A DNA stretch of 63,418 nucleotides, counting the filler, from Folioceros fuciformis (Eukaryota): the NCBI GenBank assembly GCA_049999805.1. It is 10 parts of 10 records of this genome, joined end to end, with 100 filler letters (N's around TTAATTAATTAA, not from the genome) between each part and the next. Parts side by side here need not be neighbours in the genome. Positions count along the whole stretch, not along the records: positions 58,782 to 63,418 come from JBNGIO010003546.1; 9 more parts are not named here. The stretch is one strand, 5' to 3'. The notes below the pieces were generated by a model. The model was not told the origin of the DNA. It searched no databases and was given only the letters and a program-made list of their open reading frames with translations. This document shows positions 62,840 to 63,418 of the stretch, one piece after another (position 1 is the stretch's first letter; each line of letters begins with the position of its first letter). The position numbers and the translations under genes were made by a program.

Positions 62840-63270
62840 CATATCCAAGCCACAGCTGATGCGGATGAAGCTCCACAGTCCAGTCCTAATCGCATACTGC
62901 AGCTTATGGTGCCTATGGTCACTTTTCAGGCAGAAGTGGACAGGCGCCTGCTCTTTTCAGTTGCTCTGCCAGCACCTTTTCTTCAGTCAGTTGCTGGCGC
63001 CTTTCAGGCACTCTCTTCTCCGAAAATGCAATCCACAGTCGACACTCCCAGCCTGCGAGACGCCATGTCTGGTCCGTCGTTATTTCACTCCAGCTGCTTA
63101 CAGGCAGCTGATAGGTGGTGCGGCCCGCTCTCTTTCTGCGCCTTCTCTGTTGTTCTCTTATGTGTTGATACAGGAGGGACACAGCAATCACGATTGCACA
63201 GACTGCGAGACTCAGGCTGAAGAATCCCGTCATGGCTGCAACTTCGCCACGCTAACAGTGCGCTCCGTTT

Positions 63271-63279
63271 AAGGGGGCG
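63271..63279 (+). promoter_or_regulatory. Polypurine tract
   Basis: AAGGGGGCG immediately before the TG LTR start. Confidence 0.8.
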
Positions 63280-63418
63280 TGTTTGAAGTAAAACCCCTCG
63301 TTAGGGTTACATACATATAAACGTAGCTTATGTTAGCTAGTTAGGATTATGAGAGATTAATGAACAGTCGTGACTCTTGATATATTGTATATAAGACACA
63401 TCAGGTTCTAAAATTATA
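63280..63418 (+). repeat. Copia 3' LTR (partial)
   Basis: Starts TGTTTGAAG after the PPT; AT-rich with TATATAAG. Confidence 0.75.

Larger units (their letters stand above)
58782..63418 (+). mobile_element. Ty1/copia retrotransposon, nearly complete (gag to 3' LTR)
   Basis: SLPPSY, CNWC, WYLDSGATSH, integrase, RT (YKSRLVARGF, IYGLKQS, LYVDD), RNase H (YADADWA, RTKHIEV), PPT, LTR from 63280. Confidence 0.97.

Overview
Eukaryotic nuclear DNA from a land plant. The short (about 80-130 bp) GT-AG introns and compact genes suggest a non-seed plant such as a hornwort or lycophyte, but that is an inference. The window is not continuous: nine 100-bp spacers (N44-TTAATTAATTAA-N44, stops in all six frames) join ten segments, so adjacency across them is unproven. 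Recognisable genes are a TCAIM-like (DUF4460/4461) mitochondrial protein, a small RING-H2 ORF, an HMA-domain protein, a ZIP2/11-like transporter, a poly-Q GRAS factor, DEG8 protease, a small membrane protein, importin-4 and an ACOT9-like thioesterase. The rest is Ty1/copia elements (two long, two fragments), three copies of an unrelated LTR family, and several tandem arrays. I found no clearly new biological system. The best leads are an in-frame ORF behind the single pol stop of a copia element, repeated interruption of copia elements at the integrase C-terminus, an atypical GRAS domain, an AT-rich intronless RING island and a tRNA-like-headed palindromic satellite.
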